Below are positions 62,125-64,000 of a stretch of 64,000 bases of DNA, one piece after another. Below the pieces are notes generated by a model. That model had not been told where the DNA came from. It ran no database searches and saw only the letters and a program-made list of their open reading frames with translations. Positions within the stretch are counted from its first letter, which is position 1; each line of letters opens with the position of its first letter. This DNA comes from an uncultured Pelagibacteraceae bacterium (GTDB lineage: Bacteria; Pseudomonadota; Alphaproteobacteria; Pelagibacterales; Pelagibacteraceae), in the NCBI GenBank assembly GCA_902587315.1, contig CACIKW010000001.1:29844-93843 (forward strand), written 5' to 3'. A program made the position numbers and the translations under genes.

Positions 62125-62897
62125 TGGTACAAATAAGCTTACCTAAAAATTCAAAAGTAGAAAAAGGAGAATACTACAAAGATAAAACAGGATCAAAAAA
62201 TATTAGAAAAGTTAATATTTATAGATGGGATCCATCAAACGGAAAAAATCCTAGAATAGATACTTATGAAGTTGATATGGATAACTGTGCTTCAAAAGTA
62301 TTAGATCTGTTAAACAAAATTAAAAATGAAATAGATTCATCGATTGCTTACAGAAGATCTTGCTCTCATGGAGTTTGTGGTTCTTGTGCTATGAATATGG
62401 ATGGAAAAAACGGACTAGCTTGCACTAAACCACACGCAGAAATAAAAGGTGATATAAATATATACCCACTACCTCATTTAAGAGTTGAAAAGGATTTAAT
62501 CGGAGATTTAAGCACTTTATATAAACAGTATAACTCCATAGAACCATGGTTAAAAAACTCTAAAAAAGATGATAATAAAGAAAATTTACAATCTATAGAA
62601 GATAGATCAAAATTAGATGGTCTTTACGAATGTATAATGTGTGCTTGTTGTTCAACTTCATGTCCAAGCTACTGGTGGAACGGTGACAAATATCTTGGAC
62701 CAGCTGTTTTACTTCAAGCATATAGATGGATTATAGATAGTAGAGATGAAGAAAGAAAAGAAAGGTTAAAGAAAGTTGCTGATGAACTAAAACTTTATAG
62801 ATGTCATACTATAATGAATTGTACAAATGCTTGTCCTAAAGGATTAAATCCAGCAAAGGCAATTGCATCAATAAAGAAAATGCTTGCAACAACCTAG
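62124..62897 (+). CDS. sdhB: succinate dehydrogenase iron-sulfur subunit
   Basis: [35 protein letters not shown]...CPKGL. Confidence 0.98.
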   Translation: MVQISLPKNSKVEKGEYYKDKTGSKNIRKVNIYRWDPSNGKNPRIDTYEVDMDNCASKVLDLLNKIKNEIDSSIAYRRSCSHGVCGSCAMNMDGKNGLACTKPHAEIKGDINIYPLPHLRVEKDLIGDLSTLYKQYNSIEPWLKNSKKDDNKENLQSIEDRSKLDGLYECIMCACCSTSCPSYWWNGDKYLGPAVLLQAYRWIIDSRDEERKERLKKVADELKLYRCHTIMNCTNACPKGLNPAKAIASIKKMLATT

Positions 62898-62922
62898 TTA
62901 CTTATATTAAATATTTTTTTCT

Positions 62923-64000
62923 ATGAATTTAATTCAACATTTTATTGATGGCAAAATAGTTCCGGGAAATTCAAAAAGAGTAGGAAAAGTATTTGATCCT
63001 GCTACTGGAGATCAAAAATCAGAAGTTAAGTTAGGAACACAATCAGATCTGATGGAAGCAGTAAAAATTGCAAAAAAAGCTTTTGAAACATGGTCATTAA
63101 AACCACCAATTCAAAGAGCAAGAATAATGTTTAAATTTAAAGAATTAATAGAAAAAAATTCTGATGAACTTACAAAGATGATTGTTTCTGAACATGGAAA
63201 AGTTTATGAGGATGCAAAAGGGTCCCTAATAAGAGGATTGGAAGTAGTTGAATTTACTTGTGGCATACCACAAGTTTTAAAAGGAGAGTTTACTGAAAAT
63301 GTAGGAACAGATATTGATAGTTGGTCAATTAGACAGCCTCTTGGAGTTTGTGCGGGAATAACACCATTTAATTTTCCTGCAATGGTACCAATGTGGATGT
63401 TTCCAATGGCAATAGCATGTGGAAATACTTTTATACTTAAACCTTCAGAAAAAGATCCCTCATGCTCAATTAAGTTAGCAGAATTGTTTAAAGAAGCAGG
63501 TTTACCCGATGGAGTTTTTAATGTTGTTAATGGAGATAAAGAGGTAGTTGACGCTATATTAACGAACAAAGATATACAGGCAGTTAGCTTTGTAGGATCT
63601 ACTCCAATAGCAAAATATATTTATGAAAATGCCGCAAAAAATGAAAAAAGAGTCCAGGCTCTTGGTGGAGCAAAAAATCATTGTGTTGTAATGCCAGATT
63701 GCGATTTAGATCAAGCAGTTAATGGATTAATGGGAGCTGCATATGGGTCGGCAGGCGAAAGATGTATGGCTCAGTCAGTTGCTGTGGCCGTAGGAGATAT
63801 TGCAGACAATTTAGTTAATCAATTATCCAAAAAAGTTGAAGTACTAAAAATTGGACCAGGAATGGATAAGAGTTCTGAAATGGGACCTTTAGTTACTAGA
63901 GAACATTTAGAAAAAGTTAAAGGGTATGTGGATCTTGGAGTAAAAGAGGGAGCAAAACTAGTGGTAGATGGAAGAAACATAAAGTTACAAGGTTATGAAA
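62923..64000 (+). CDS. mmsA: CoA-acylating methylmalonate-semialdehyde dehydrogenase (runs off window end)
   Basis: Not in the ORF track. Manual translation from ATG 62923: MNLIQHFIDG..., GITPFNFPAMVPMW, KPSEKDP, FVGSTPIA, GGAKNH, GSAGERCMA. Confidence 0.93.
   Translation, partial: MNLIQHFIDGKIVPGNSKRVGKVFDPATGDQKSEVKLGTQSDLMEAVKIAKKAFETWSLKPPIQRARIMFKFKELIEKNSDELTKMIVSEHGKVYEDAKGSLIRGLEVVEFTCGIPQVLKGEFTENVGTDIDSWSIRQPLGVCAGITPFNFPAMVPMWMFPMAIACGNTFILKPSEKDPSCSIKLAELFKEAGLPDGVFNVVNGDKEVVDAILTNKDIQAVSFVGSTPIAKYIYENAAKNEKRVQALGGAKNHCVVMPDCDLDQAVNGLMGAAYGSAGERCMAQSVAVAVGDIADNLVNQLSKKVEVLKIGPGMDKSSEMGPLVTREHLEKVKGYVDLGVKEGAKLVVDGRNIKLQGYE

Noticed and set aside
63204-63569. 121-aa minus ORF, and the other short overlapping ORFs in the track
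   Set aside because: Shadows of well-supported genes (here mmsA) on the opposite strand or in alternate frames.

Overview
This is an AT-rich, very gene-dense alphaproteobacterial chromosome segment. Gene content and order point to SAR11/Pelagibacterales (inference): dmdC-dmdB-hydrolase-dmdA inside leuCDB-asd, actP/acs, an ffh leader RNA and tiny intergenic gaps. Most of it is core metabolism: ftsK (partial), a UbiH-like hydroxylase, tRNA-Gly, purH, rpe, acs, tsaD, hemCD, folD, argG, ccmCDEFGH, a 2-hydroxy-acid/TRAP locus, ftsY-dapF, ffh-rpsP-trmD-rplS-leuCDB, DMSP demethylation, asd, sdhCDAB and mmsA (partial). The most unusual stretch is the accessory slot between tsaD and the EVE gene (~14.5-18.3 kb). 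There a secreted serine hydrolase gene is bracketed by three pairs of direct repeats: a 21-bp copy of the EVE start, a 22-bp motif with internal tandem structure, and a 33-bp copy of the MKKLLGIVVL signal-peptide code. This looks like a recombinase-free gene-cassette exchange site. Other points are an unexplained hairpin RNA with an anti-Shine-Dalgarno-like loop upstream of ccmC, a probable CTG start codon in the dmd operon, and oversized TRAP membrane subunits.
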